Assembly: GCA_964247055.1 (NCBI GenBank)
Contig: OZ176055.1
Span: 5,766,001 to 5,830,000 of the forward strand
Length of the DNA stretch: 64,000 nt
Origin: Paragordius varius
Taxonomy: Eukaryota; Animalia; Nematomorpha
Reading direction: 5' to 3'
Positions 1-13,642 of the stretch are shown here, piece after piece; the first letter of the stretch is position 1, and every line of letters begins with the position of its first letter. A program made the position numbers and the translations under genes. Under the pieces are notes generated by a model. The model was not told the origin of the DNA and searched no databases. It saw only the letters and a program-made list of their open reading frames with translations.

Positions 1-240
1 GCTTTTAGTTTTGGGTCTTTTTAAAAAATTTTAACCTATAAATCGCAAGTGCATAATGATCAATAAATTTTTTGTTGAAAGATAGAGGCTTATTACAATT
101 ATCATAGCTATATTCTAAACAAAACAATATTTATATAAAATTCATAGTTTTAGAGAGTCGAAAATTTTTGGACCATTTAGTGGAGCAATAAACTCAAAAA
201 TGCCGAGATGACCCGATAAAAATTTTAATATATGGTTGAT

Positions 241-558
241 CATGGGTGCCCAACATAAATGACTTCGCGGGCCGGATTCAAAAAATACGACGTGCCTTCG
301 AAAAATATATCGGCATCAATAAATGTTTTATTAGATTTTAAAATAAGACAAAAACTTCAAACACAATATAATGGTATAAATTTTTTGCTAGCACATTGCC
401 AAAATTTGAGAAGAGGTATTCGGAAAATTTGTTTAGGCATTATCAATTTTATAGATTTCTTAATTTGCAGTTTTTAATTATAAAAATGTTTTATTTGGTA
501 TTTGTTTATCGCGAGCTGCTTAGAAATATTTAAGAGGGATGTGTGTTGGGCACCCCTG
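241..558. mobile_element. hAT-type MITE upstream of or within an intron of GLI
   Basis: Terminal inverted repeats CATGGGTGCCCAAC (241) and GTTGGGCACCCCTG (ends 558). Flanks TGGTTGAT/TGCTAGAT match at 6/8, consistent with a decayed 8-bp TSD. No coding capacity. Confidence 0.7.
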
Positions 559-794
559 TGCTAGATTATGTATTTCAAAGATATATTTTTGAATGCTTTG
601 AGATTTGAATGTTGACAAAATTTGAGCATACATCATGCTATTATAAAGCATAGTACAAATGGTAAAATCGCTTTTAGATATTATTAAATCACTTTTTTGT
701 ATAATTCGTTGATGTTGTTGAGCATTCCGTTAAAAAATTCTTCATCTTATAAAATTTATATAAAATTGTTATAAAAAGACAATATTTTCTCTAG

Positions 795-3121
795 CATATA
801 AATGATTTTCACATTCGTATGCAACATAACCACCAAAATAATTATTGTTCACCGGGTGCATCAAATTCTCCCACCTCGTGCGATAACGAAATGCCAGGAA
901 CCTCCGCTAATTATTATTATAGTAATGCGATTTCAAACCAAAAATCAATGTCTTCCAATTCCTTCAAAGATTACATATGTTATTGGCGAAATTGTGAAAG
1001 AAACCGGGTACCTTTCAAGGCTCAATACATGCTGATTGTACATATGCGTAAACATACGGGAGAAAAGCCCCATAAGTGTTGGGTATAAATTTTGTTACAC
1101 ACTTTCATAAAATTTTTTAAACCTTAAATCTCGATTATAGTGTAATACTCCCTTATTGATATCTCTAAACACATAAATATGAGTTTCATTTGGTGAGCAT
1201 GGCTTAAATGTTGACTTTTTAGGCTCGTTACATAATTTTGTTATAAACATGATATTAAAATTTTAAAAATATTATTTGGTCTCAAAAAAATCGTAAAATA
1301 ACAAAACCGAATATTTGCTAGCCATTATTTCTAAAATAACCTTGAAAATAAAAATTTATTATACATATGCTGCAATCTAGGGCTTTTTAACTCTATTAAT
1401 TTGCCGACAATATAACAACAATTTGCTATTAGAGTGTTTATGCTTTTAAATTAGAACTAAGGACTGTTTTAAAAAAGCTCATAAGCAGATGTGTACTAAT
1501 CATTCCCAATTTGTTAAATAAAATATAATTAAAATGTAATTTATTTAGTTTCCGCACTGTGATAAAGCCTATTCTCGTTTGGAAAATCTAAAAACACACA
1601 TACGAGGACACACAGGTGAAAAGCCATACAAATGCGAATTTCCAAATTGCAGCAAAGCCTTTACTAATGCATCTGATCGAGCAAAACATCAAAACAGGAC
1701 CCATTCTGATGCAGTAAATATTATCCACTTCATTATTTTAATATTTTAAAGTATAAGATTGATTGGATATATATATTATTTAATTTATATTTTAGAAATA
1801 TTTACCGTAATTAAAATTAGACAAGAAAAACGTAAATAAAAGACAAATATTAAAAATGAAAACCATACACCTATTCGAACCTTGATTTTTCCTACATAAA
1901 CCATAAAATCAAATTATATTATAAAAGTACCAACCAATATCTCTGATATACCTTTCGCATACAAAAATGAGTTATATTAAAAATAAAAGATTTATATAAC
2001 ATGATGATTATCTTAAAAAATTTGTATCACCTTTTATGTAACTCATAATGTTTTATAATCATTTTTTTAACGTCTTTAAATTATAAACTTTTATAAAATT
2101 ATTTTTTATTTTATTTAACAGAAACCATTTGTTTGCCAAGTTCCGGGTTGTACCAAACGCTACACAGACCCGAGTTCATTAAGGAAACACATCAAAAATA
2201 TACATGGTGTAGAAGTGTTGAAATCATACACTCAAATCGTAAATCAAAATAACATCAATAGTTTGAATAAATCTAAACTATCAGGACATCATCAAAAATT
2301 TCCGTATTCATATCTAAGTCAAACACCCTTTCAAAACACCAAAGCTGTGCCAAATAATATACAACATTTTGAAAATATGGATACCAATAATAATTTTCAA
2401 CGAGATGACAATAGTCAATACAGTACGGTTTTAACCTTTTAAAACATATTTATAAGATACTACTTTATTAAAACAGTAACAAAATACCAGTTTGGGTTTT
2501 ATAGCGTTTAATTTTTACAACTATTCATTCACAGAAAAAGTTATTTAAAAAATCGTATTATTATATATTGATTCTATCGGTCGTTAAGTTTTTAAGAAAA
2601 CTTTTATTTTCACCAATTTGATTATATAGAACTCCCTTCAACCAAATTTCAGTAAAATCAAAAGACAATTTTTATATAAAGGAAACCATACTTTAACCTA
2701 ATTCTCAAATAAAATTAAAATTATTATTTTGAAATATATAATTAAGATTATTAATTTATATCTCTATTACCTATTTTGCACATGAATCGAGAACCTATAT
2801 ATAAAAATAAAGGCTAAAAAAATATTTTGTGATAGGTCCGTATAATTTATATATATATATATAGATATTCCCAATCACGCAATCATCAATCTTCCATTTA
2901 AAAATAACAACACTTATATAGCAGATAATCTTATGGAAACTAATGCCCAAAACAATAGTTCTGTTATGAAAACAGCGAATAATGTTAATTCAAACCCTTT
3001 CGTTCAAATCAGCAAAACGATAAAGTGTAAACTTAAAAATTTAGTCAATCACAATGCCGTGCTTAAAAGTCTTTCCAACCTTAGCTTAAACACTTCCACA
3101 GCAGAATCTTACAAACCATAA
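795..3121 (+). CDS. GLI: GLI/Ci-family C2H2 zinc-finger transcription factor, 5' partial (start of ZF1 not found in window)
   Basis: Exons 795-1082, 1549-1713, 2122-2422, 2865-3121, all GT-AG and phase-consistent. They encode HINDFHI...[119 protein letters not shown], which carry the diagnostic GLI finger motifs. The last exon is low-complexity and less certain. Confidence 0.92.
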
Positions 3122-5129
3122 AATATTTTTTACTGATATGTGATCAACTATCTAGTCTTTTTTAAAAAGTTTCTCGTTTTTCTAATTTAATTACAATAAA
3201 ATTGAAATATACAGACAAAACATAAAAATATAAAGGCAAATATTTTATTTCAAAAGACAAGCATAGTTTTTTAAACATTAATTTTTTAAATTTAATTACA
3301 ATCGTAAAATACATAATTGATTCTGTTACCAATATACATTTCTTCATATTTGCAGTTTACAACATTGGGTTATGTTTAGAAAATAAAGTTTAATAAAGTA
3401 TGATTGTCTTTTGAAACAAATGTTTGTATTATTTTTATGTTTTGATATACAGTATGAAAAAGTATATATTGTTAGAAAGTTATTATTTAATCCCAAATAA
3501 TATACAGCAAAGAAGACAATAAAATTTCCCCTTGTTGTTTATGCTTATTGGCAATAATTAATAACTTCCTAGCAATGTATACTTACTCATATTGTAATTT
3601 CAATTTTACTGTATTTTATTATTTTTATGATACCCATGTTAAATTATTATGCAATTACATCTCCATGCATTTAAAACATATTGACTCAAGAAATTTCATA
3701 ACAATTAATATTACGATCAAGAGTTTTTTCATATAAAATAATATTTCTTTTTTAAGATTTAAATAAATATTAATTTATTTTTGTGCGAAAAACCTATATT
3801 ATAAATTTTGGTAAAAACAATAATACAAAAACCATTTTACAGATGATGAATTTTGTTTTTCCAGCGTTTCATAAAACGTGAATAATATCCGTTTTGCAAA
3901 ATAATAGGGTATAAATAATTAAAAAAATTGACCACTGATATATCTATTTTTTACCACATTTGCACTTTTAACAATAATAACCTAGAACAAATATCGCATA
4001 ATTAATATTGATCGAGCAATTAAGCTATAAAATAGATGTAAAGAACATTAATTTTTGTTGATATTTTTTCAATAAAGTTATATCCAATTTTGAGGTTATT
4101 TAAAATAGCCACAATCACCAATTATATTTAATTTTACTCTATGATTTTAATTTAATAGTTACAAATACTCTAAAAAGTATAACTTTAATCGTTAAAAAAT
4201 CGATAGTTTAAACAAGATTTTTTTCAAAGTTTTGGTTCCATTAAGTTTGGTTAAATTGTGATTAGTTCCATTTTTTAAATTTGCAGATAACCTAATGATA
4301 GAATGTAAATAAATAGCCGCAAAAACATACTAGTCTAAATTTTTATGCTTTTCTCTGAAAAAATAAAAAACATTTTTACATAATTAACAAACAATATATC
4401 AAGGGCGACATTGTATTAAAAATTTATTCTTTAGAACCGTATTTAACTGCGTTAGTATTCTTTTCAGTCCTTTTCAAAAAACTGTTTCGGTTTCAATCCA
4501 CGATTTTACCTCCCCAAAAATGAATATTAAATTTAACTAATAATGTAAAAATATACGTAATATAAATCAAACTTAGAAAACCTGAATATAAAAATTAAAC
4601 TAAAAGCTGCCAAATTCTACACTTTTCTATTAATTAAGTGATTATTGTTAGAGTTCTAGATCGAGTGTGGTACTCATTATTTACTTTATTACAATTATTA
4701 CTTATATATTATAATATTAGAATTCGCAAAAAGTTGAAGCTTTAAGAAACATTGTTATATGTTTATAAAATATATATTACAAACAATCATTGAATAAATC
4801 GTTAAAGTATAAAATATGAATGTCTTCCATATCATCTAGCAAGATATCTTTTGAAGTAACTGTCATTTTGCACCAAAATGCACTTTTTAAATATTCATTC
4901 CATTGCGTTTTGGGGATATTAACGATTTAAAAAAACTTAATACGGGAATACATGGAGAAAATCTTACGCTTGGAATTCGTAAAATCTATTATAAAAATAT
5001 TGCTTTGCTAAAATATATTTATACGTTTGACAAATAAAACTTTTTTTCATTTAATTTAAGCGATCTCGATCCAATTGAAAAAAAAAACTAATTTCAAAAA
5101 TGAAATATCTTTAAAATTTCGTTCGTATA

Positions 5130-5628
5130 CCAGGTGTAAAGTTTTTACAGTTTTTTAGTAAAAACACTAGTTAAAATCGGTCCACACATTTTGTTCATCT
5201 CACAGGTAATAGATGAATACCATGCAAGAGAAACGTATTGACTTTTGCGGCAAACTATTCATCAAATTAATTTCCAACGTCCTCGAAATCAATGAAGTCT
5301 AGAGGCCCACACTCATTCATATCGAATCACAACTTTTAATATTTCAAAACCATTTTACATGTGTTAATCGATAGAACATGTTGTTCACCAATGTTTCTGT
5401 CAGCCAGCCAACGATGACTCTCAACTGTTTTTTCTTCTGATGTAATAAGAAAAGCTATGCGTGTCGCAAATGTTCTTTTTGCGGCGCATGATTTGACATG
5501 ATTGAATGTTAAAATAGACGCTTTTTGCTGAAATTATCTTGTGTGTGTTTGCCTCATATGAACGAAATGGGATACGAATAATAATCGTCTGCGTACTTTT
5601 CGTTGAAGTCTTCTCTTAGTTAAACCGG
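5130..5628 (-). mobile_element. Internally deleted mariner (Mos1/mauritiana-like) transposon remnant
   Basis: Minus strand from ATG at 5499 reads MSNHAPQKEHLRHA*LFLLHQKKK..ESHR..GEQHV, similar to the Mos1 N-terminus. Around 5200-5270 it reads FDE*FAAK..HGIHLLPVR*TKCV, similar to the mariner C-terminus. TA|CCAGGTGTA at 5128-5138 resembles the Mos1 TIR start. The other end is degenerate. Confidence 0.8.
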
Positions 5629-6173
5629 TAATACATATGAAACAACTGCTATATAATAAGCATTCCAAGTTCAACCTTTTTAAATCATATATATTATCAT
5701 CCACTTTAGCGAATAAAATATTTAACGGAGCCAAAATGTAAGTATTTAATAGACATAATATTTTAAATACCATGCTTATATATTTTAAATTAAACTCAAT
5801 ACAATTAAGTGACCGCCATTTTTGACTAACCTATTCTAAATATTGATCAATGAAGGTTAGACTGTTTATTTTTCCAGATATCATAGTATTTCTCGATTCA
5901 GTTGCGTGGTATTGATAATTTATAAATATTTATATTCAAATAAATATTTCATTAAGTAATATCGGAAATAATATTTTCACAATTTTAAGATTCAGTATAA
6001 GGAAGGATAATTTTGATAAATATTACATTATTAATTTAAAAATATATAGATAATAAAATAATTTATGCATATGATAAAAATTCATTTTCATTAGATAGGG
6101 ATGGAATAAGCATGTGAAATTAGGGTTCAAATAGCAGATTTGGCATAATGTTAGCCGTATAATAACATTCATT

Positions 6174-7046
6174 CTATGTATCTTCTTCAGCCACACCACA
6201 TTCTCTTCGTGGACACGTTTTTCGACAAAACGTTTGATAGTAGTCACCATTACATTGAGATTTATCTATGTCATCGCAAAAGTCTTTAAGATCCTTGCAA
6301 CCGGTCGGTTCGGTGGGCGGGGGATACAGTTTGTAACATTTGGTGCTGCAACTTTTAACACATTGACTCGGGAACAGGTCACACATACCTCGTAAATAAT
6401 AGTAATCGCAATACGGGTTACTATCTCGACAAAGTATGGCTTCAACACCATAATCCCATTTCTTGTTAGAGGTCGAGTCATCAATCGTAGAGTTTTGGGC
6501 CACCATTTCGTTTTGGTTTGTATCATTTATTGCGGGTACAGTTTGAGTGTCATTTACTGGAGACACGACATCAGTCACATTGTTATAGGTTATTGGTTCA
6601 TCTTCATCATCGTAATTGCTAGTTGTATCAGTATTGTTGTTGCTGATTGGAAGAGATGGGTAATCATCTGAAGCATCGTTCCCGGATCCATTCTCATCCA
6701 CGTACAAGTTAACATCATCTTGTGAAGTGTTATTTCCATTTACTGTATCATTATTTCCATTATTGTTGCCTGTAAAGTATTCATCATTACTTCCGATTTG
6801 GCGCTTAAATCTCAAATTTTCACTCTACACATAACAAAATATTAGATTAAATGTACTCACAGAACCAAAACAATAGGAATTTCTAATTGGGTCATAAATT
6901 TTTACATTTGACAAGGATGTTTTTTGAATCTCAACTGAATCGATAAGTAAAAATATATGATTAAAAGATACAACCTGTATTGGGCTCCAAATCAATAATA
7001 CAAATAATAATATATATTTAATAGTTTGTTGAAGAAACGGTGACAT
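6174..7046 (-). CDS. Secreted protein with signal peptide, RFKR dibasic site, Asn/Asp-rich linker and two C-terminal ShKT domains (~278 aa)
   Basis: Exons 7046-6861 and 6824-6174 are joined across a 36-nt GTGAGT..TGTAG intron (6825-6860). Hydrophobic N-terminus. Two six-Cys modules: CRDSNPYCDYYYLRGMCDLFPSQCVKSCSTKC and CKDLKDFCDDIDKSQCNGDYYQTFCRKTCPRREC. Confidence 0.8.
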
Positions 7047-8189
7047 TATTTTCAGGAAAAAATAGAGATATATAAAAAAAAATTTTTAAATGATATTATG
7101 TGGTACTTTATATTTTGTGTCTTGACCTATTCCAAAAAAACGTTATTTGTAAATATGAATTAAAATATATTTGCTAAACATTATACAATATAGGTAAAAA
7201 AGGTGAGATATATGAGACATCAAATCTAAACTAGTGAGTCAGTCATTTTTTAAAGTTGTTTGTGGCCTAATATATATTAATTTCTAGCCATTACATATTT
7301 GGTCCAAGACCAAATAGTATCAAATACATATTACAAGGTCATTCATATATAATATATATATATTATCGATGGTTTTGTTTTGATTTTTCAAGTAATCGGC
7401 CTGTATAATACTCTTTTTTAAAATATAAATTATATTTTTTTGTCCAAAAAAATTTTGCTACTAAAATATTCATATAATATTGAATCGATTTTTTAATATC
7501 AGACAAAAAAAGATATGATAAAAACCATGGAAAATTAATTACTATAATGTTTTGATGGGCTGAGTGGATGAGACCCTGGATAAAAAATAAACCGATAGTG
7601 ATGTATAATTTCATGATTATAATTGAAAAATAAATAAATTATGTATATATAATTAAGAGATATAATCTTATATATAAAAATTTCTAAAAATCAAATTTAA
7701 GGAGTGTATTTCTATCAAGTGATCTGGTTCCCACATATAAAATTCTGGATGTGAAAATATTTTTTATTTTATATGAAATAAATATTATTTAACTTAATTT
7801 CTAAAAAATAACCATATTTTTAATTAGGTAAAGTCCGATTTCATACAAAATTATAGTTGTTTTTATATTCGACTTTGAGTTTTGTAAAAATATTATTTAA
7901 TTTTGTCGCTGATATAATATATATATCTGTCCTCTCTCATAGGCCATCAAAAATGTTTTTTAGTTTGAAAACAAAACGAGTTGATAAAACAATGTCACGA
8001 TCTCAGTAACTTTACAAAATAAAAATAAATTTAAACATGAAGGCATCAAGGTTAAGTTATTCATTAAGTTGTTAACAAATTTTTATCGAAAATTTTTTAA
8101 TTGATATACAATATGATGATAGACTAATTAATTTAACATACAGGGAAAAGAGTTTGTATGTTCGTTTTTTTAACATAAATATATATGTC

Positions 8190-8560
8190 GATTGGAGGAT
8201 ATTTTAACCAAATTTACGATACGTCCTCTTGGTTTTTTGTAGATAATGTCGATATTTACAGTTATTGTTTGATAATAATTTATTCTTATATTCAGATCAA
8301 TTTTCATATGAATAATTATTATGAAATAGGTTGCCTTTTCAAAAAGGTTATCAGTAAATCATATACTAAAAATCTGCTATTTTATAACCTCTAGCACTTT
8401 TCATACCCTGCTATTTTCTCTAAACAATCCTTTTTATTGAATACAAATACTCTTTATCCAACCATACCACTCTGACTTCCATATTGGAGAAGCTCAGACT
8501 ATCACAACCCATTTAATTTTAATTAAAATTGCTGAGGTAATAGAGACAACTACTAGATAT
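8190..8560 (-). mobile_element. Highly decayed LINE 3' fragment
   Basis: Interrupted minus-strand peptides LLQYGS, FNKKDCLEKIAG and KKPRGR occur in the order expected for the RTE/CR1-type C-terminal region. Confidence 0.35.
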
Positions 8561-9914
8561 CTGAATCATACGAAGCATATTAAACCTTTTATGTTCTTCT
8601 TGGCTTATCAAAGTTCGTTTTTATCCTCTCATCAATCGCTTTTCCCTAAATTAGTTGGAATAATTTAGAAACACTCATTCTCAAAAAACTTAAGGATGCT
8701 CTCCTTTTACATATTATATGTATGGAAAGATTACAATGAGAAATATTAAGCAAGATAGAGGAATAAAAATTGGCAAATTTGCCGATAATACTATATTTAT
8801 AACAAAAAAATTGTACATTAAAAAGGATGGTTTTAAGCGGCTTTTTTAACACAAATAGCATTGGGAACGTATATTAGATCAGAAGTAACGGGGGCTATAG
8901 ATTGAGTTTGCGTAAATTTTTATATATTATGTAATAACCACAAAATAAATTTTAACAACTTTCCATTTTAGAAAGGGGTACGAATACACAAATAATGGAT
9001 TTGAAATAAAATTAATAAACAAAAAACTTATATATATAAATCACAAAGTCGGAAAGAGAGGAAAATATTTGGCTCTTTTAAACATAACCAAAGGTTCAAA
9101 TTACCGATATACTGTACCAACATGGAAAATAGGTTCTTAAGTAATAACCTGAGCAACCTTTCAAATGATATTTTTTATGTATTCAATGATGCATAGGATC
9201 GGTACATTTATGACTATTAATCAATATTAGCTGATTTATATGAGATATAAGTTAAATCTAATCATATATGTTTTTAGAACAATTATGTTTAATTTTGACC
9301 TTTCATTTTTCCAGAGGTTCTGGACCTTTTTATTTTTAAGCATTATTGCCGATTTTGTAACCCGTATGATTTTAATCAATCTTTAATTATATGTTTATGG
9401 ATATAATGTAGATTTCAAAGCATCCATTTCGTAGGTTAATTTCGTCCGGCCAACTTTGAACTTATAAACAATTAAACATATCAGTGGCTTTGATTTTGAA
9501 TATTTAAATCTAATTATAATGCTTCAATAATTAAACGAAATTCAGTAAACTAATATTAAAATATTTCCTCCAATTTTTTTAAAATGCTTTGAAAAAAATG
9601 TGTTTAATTTTACAGCTAAAAGTTATTATTCTATAATTTAATTATAATAAAAAGTGGTTAAATTTAGCATGAGTGCATGCTCCTATATTATGTTGTCTAA
9701 ATTCTCTCCTTTCAAACCATAAAAAAATTAAATGTTTTATAATAAATCTTATTTAATATAAAGCTCAATGTTAAAGTGCATATATTTATTATAAAATCAT
9801 TTATTATTTTTTTAAATACATTTTTTTAATTGTCGGGTTAATTAATTTCCCAAATTAGCGAAAGAACTAATTTATGTATTTAAGTGCTAAAGAATATAAA
9901 TTCTGCAGTATATC

Positions 9915-12900
9915 TAAGGTGACCAGACGTCCCGCTTTTTCACACTTTGTCCCGCGTCCCGCTGCGTTTTTGAAATGTCCCGCTTTTTCACGATTATATA
10001 AAAAAAAATTTTTTTATATACATTTAAATTTTTTATAAAAAATTTATTTTTTTTATCCGTTTAAATTTATCATTAGCTATCTTTAAAATCTATATCAATT
10101 TTAAATTAAAGTTTTTTATTTTTAAAAAATATTTATTTTTTTCAAATTTATATCATATGATTATACACTTTGCTTCCTAATCGTACTGTCAACATTATCA
10201 AAAAGACAAATTAATATCACAAATCGGTAGCTTATACTTATACTCCAGAAAATTAAGGTAATATAATAGTATTTTATATTAATAGTTTAAAATATGAGTA
10301 CAAAAGAAGGTTTTAAATTTAACGATGATTTAATGAAAGAATTTCCTTTTATCAAAAAAACAAAGAATGAATCATTTGTTATACTACCACATGGCGTTAC
10401 AAAGCATATGAAAACACAGAAACATAAAAAATGTTTAGATATGGTGGCATCATCTTACAAAATGAGCGATTTTTATCGTAAAACTGCTTTTGGAGAGGAA
10501 GAAAAGAATTTGGCACTAGCCCAAGGCGTTTTATCTTTTCATGCCGTTAATAACAATCATTTCTTTAGATCTATGGATTGTACCTCACATATTATTCGTG
10601 CCCGTACAAAGGCTGAAGCCATTGTATACATTGACCTTTAGCCACATGCATTTTCTGAATACAAAAAGATTTGCTGAAAATTAATTTCATATCGCCATAC
10701 TACGTTAATAAATATTTTGGTCCAGAAACCGGAGTAAAATTAAAATTTTAAATTTTATTTCTCTACCCGGTGCGAATTCCGACATAATTTGAATATTCTA
10801 GGAAAAAATAATTTAAAAGACAAAATCATCGCATATTGCGGTGCAACACCAATACGAACTTCGGTGGAAAAGCAAGAAGGGGAACAAAAAATATTTTTCA
10901 TGAATTAGCAGATAATGTTAATCAAAACATTACACTAGTCAACAAGGTTTTGCACCACTCCATTATTTTTGCATTTTCTAATACCTAATGGCATGGAAAG
11001 GCCAAAACAGAAAAGAAAATTGAGGCTACCAATAGGATTTTTCCAAAATTTAATTTTTAAATTTGTATTTAATTCAAAAATAACAATCATTCCTCGTGAA
11101 CATATGTTTAAATATTCAAACAAGGAAGTCGATACAAGTAATATTCCATGCATGGATAACAAATTCTAGGCATTAAATAAGATACAAAACAAGCTAAGAG
11201 CCAAAGTATTAAAAATCTAAAAGGGGCTTATGTATAGTGTGATAGATATGGGCGGCTGCACAAGCTCTGCATATCCCCCAAGCGATCCTATAATTATGCC
11301 AGATATGGCAAAGATAACAATAAGTAATCGTAAAGTCCGATAAGAGAGACTTGCAAGTAAAATCCAGTCAAATTGACATGTCAAATTAACCAATTTACAG
11401 ATAAATTCTACAATTAAATTGAATATAAATTAGGTAAATACAAATGGTCCAACCCCATAACAGTAAATTCTACTAAAAGTGGCTACACAACATCCATCTG
11501 AAATTCAAAATACAAAACAACCAATAATCTTAAAAAAATAAGGTATATCCACTAGGTATAAATAAAGGATTTTTTATAAGAACCACCTCAAGAGAAAAAG
11601 TCTAATAAGTACTTGAAAGAACGAAATCTAACAAAAAAATATAGCCTATCTGAAAGCCGAAGGTTTAAACCATAGAATACCTTTTTTAGTATTTTTTTAA
11701 AAAAATTTTATATGTGTTAAAAATTCACTTGAAAAAAAAGACTAAATTTTGACGTTTAAGTCCCTACTATTTTTTTCTTTCTGATATTTAAATGACATAT
11801 TTATATTCAAAAGATAGAGTTTAAAACGCTTTATTAAATGATATTAAGTTTATAATATAATAACATTTTATTATAAAATTATATTTAATTTTCTCTCGAT
11901 TTTCTCTTGTTTTTGAAAAATTAAAAAACCTATAAAATTTCAAAATTCTGATTGGCGGGATCAAATTTTTTTTCAAATTCGGTTTTAAAACACTGAAATT
12001 AGTCATAATTTAAAAAGTTTGAGTGGTGGTGCTTAAAAATGTCCAAATTTGTCGACTAGTGTTATTGACGTTGGGTGTGTAGCGCATATAACACACAACG
12101 CTATTCAAAAAGCTGCTGATTTGTTACCCCTAGATGTGGAAAATGTAGTTGTTAAGGTATATTCCTATTTTTATATACACGGTACGCGTTGAAACGCTTA
12201 AGAGATTCTGTGCAAATGCAGAAGTTCAATATTAAAAAATGCTTGGATATTGTAAAACTCGTTGGTTTGCTCTTCTGCCAGCTATCGAAAGAATTAAAAA
12301 TGATCATTTAAAATCCTATTTTTTTATCACAGGACAAATGTCCTACAACTTTGGAAAAGTTTTTTGAAAGTGATTCTTCAATATGGTTAGAGTTCCTACA
12401 TAATCAAGCTTCTCTCTTTCAAAATGTTATTAAATTGATAGAAAGTGACAAAACTTCGGCCATCGAAGTAGCCAATGAAGTTAACCTAAAATTCCAATGT
12501 CAAGAAAGGTTATAAAATAATTTTATACCAGTAATTATCCGCAATATTATAAATAATTTAAAAAAACAAGGCTTAATAAAACGCCAAGATCTCCTGTACC
12601 ATTAAAAATGTTTCATACAAACTGTAAAGATTATTGGAAGACTGGACGGTGCAATTCAATGAAATTGATTATTTTCATTGGATAACATTAAAACCAAAAC
12701 TTAATTAATGCGATGTTCAAAAATCATTTCTGCATCTCCCAAAAATTCCCAAAAAGTAACCTTTCAGAAAATATCTTTTTTCTAAAGTATCATTAGTTAT
12801 AAAATATATTAATAATGAAAAACTTAAATTATGGACAACAGAAAAAAATACAGTAGAAAAGAATGGTTAGAAATATTTGATCATTTTGAAACAAACTATG

Positions 12901-13298
12901 TTCCATACAATATTTTAAAAATTGTAGAATTTGCATTATCTTTACGTGGAACCAACGCTGCTACTGATCGCGTTTTTTCCACAGTAAATCAGATGTAGAC
13001 ATCGGAAAAATCAAATTTAAATGTTGCTTTACCATTTTATCTGTCAAATATAATTTGACAAATTCTTGAGACTTCTACTATAAAATGATGACAATCTGCT
13101 AAAACGCATTCACTCAAATAAAAAATATACCAAGGAATTAAATATTTTTTTATATTTATCATGTATTTGTCTTAAAAATAAATAAATACTACAATAAATT
13201 TTTTGTTTAAAAATTTTTGGTTGTACACCCCACCTCATAACCCCCCCTCCTTTCTCAAATTTGTCCCGCTTTTTCCTTCAAAAAATTTGGTCACCTTA
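9915..13298 (+). mobile_element. hAT DNA transposon (Blackjack-like TAAGGTGACC termini) with a pseudogenised transposase
   Basis: TIRs TAAGGTGACC (9915) and GGTCACCTTA (ends 13298), with subterminal GTCCCGC repeats. TSD AGTATATC/AGTATAAC (7/8). Transposase fragments with many stops and frameshifts: ORF 10294-10641, NTNTNFGG, GCVAHI (CxxH), KTRWFALLPAIERI, and the C-terminal GTNAATDRVFS dimerisation-domain motif. Confidence 0.9.
10933..12061. mobile_element. Non-autonomous CAC...GTG element (Chapaev3/CMC-like) nested in the hAT transposase
   Basis: TIR CACTAGTCAACAA / TTGTCGACTAGTG (1 mismatch). TTA is duplicated at 10930-32 and 12062-64. Removing the insert plus one TTA restores the transposase frame NQNIIDVGCVAHI. 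The superfamily assignment is inferred from the termini and the 3-bp TWA TSD. Confidence 0.85.
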
Positions 13299-13569
13299 AG
13301 TATAACTATATATCCCAACAAAAATAGTACGTTTCAGATTTATTAATATTAATTATTTAAATATAATATTGGACCGGTCAATCTTACAATTTATAAATTA
13401 GCGGATGGAAACCATATACACACCATTATCATATAGTTTTTGCAGATAAATAAGAATTACACATTTGGTTATGTAATATTAATCAGATAATAAATTTAAA
13501 AAACACATAATGCGAAATGCATGCGAAAGTTTTATTGTTTAATAATAATTTGAAAAAATAATAAAAACC

Positions 13570-13642
13570 CGCCCTGGTTGGGGCTCGAACCCAAGACCGT
13601 TAGGTTAAAAGCCTAACGCTCTACCGACTGAGCTACCAGGGC
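13570..13642 (-). tRNA. tRNA-Lys, anticodon UUU
   Basis: GCCCTGGTAGCTCAGTCGGTAGAGCGTTAGGCTTTTAACCTAACGGTCTTGGGTTCGAGCCCCAACCAGGGCG, 73 nt. Perfect acceptor stem, anticodon stem TTAGG/CCTAA, A and B boxes, followed by a TTTTT Pol III terminator. Confidence 0.97.

Noticed and set aside
795-2210. Assignment as GLIS or ZIC instead of GLI
   Set aside because: [13 protein letters not shown] and [12 protein letters not shown] match GLI/Ci rather than GLIS or ZIC fingers.
7363-7614. 83-aa minus-strand ORF with a signal-peptide-like start
   Set aside because: The central part looks intronic, no consistent splicing was found, and no family was recognised.
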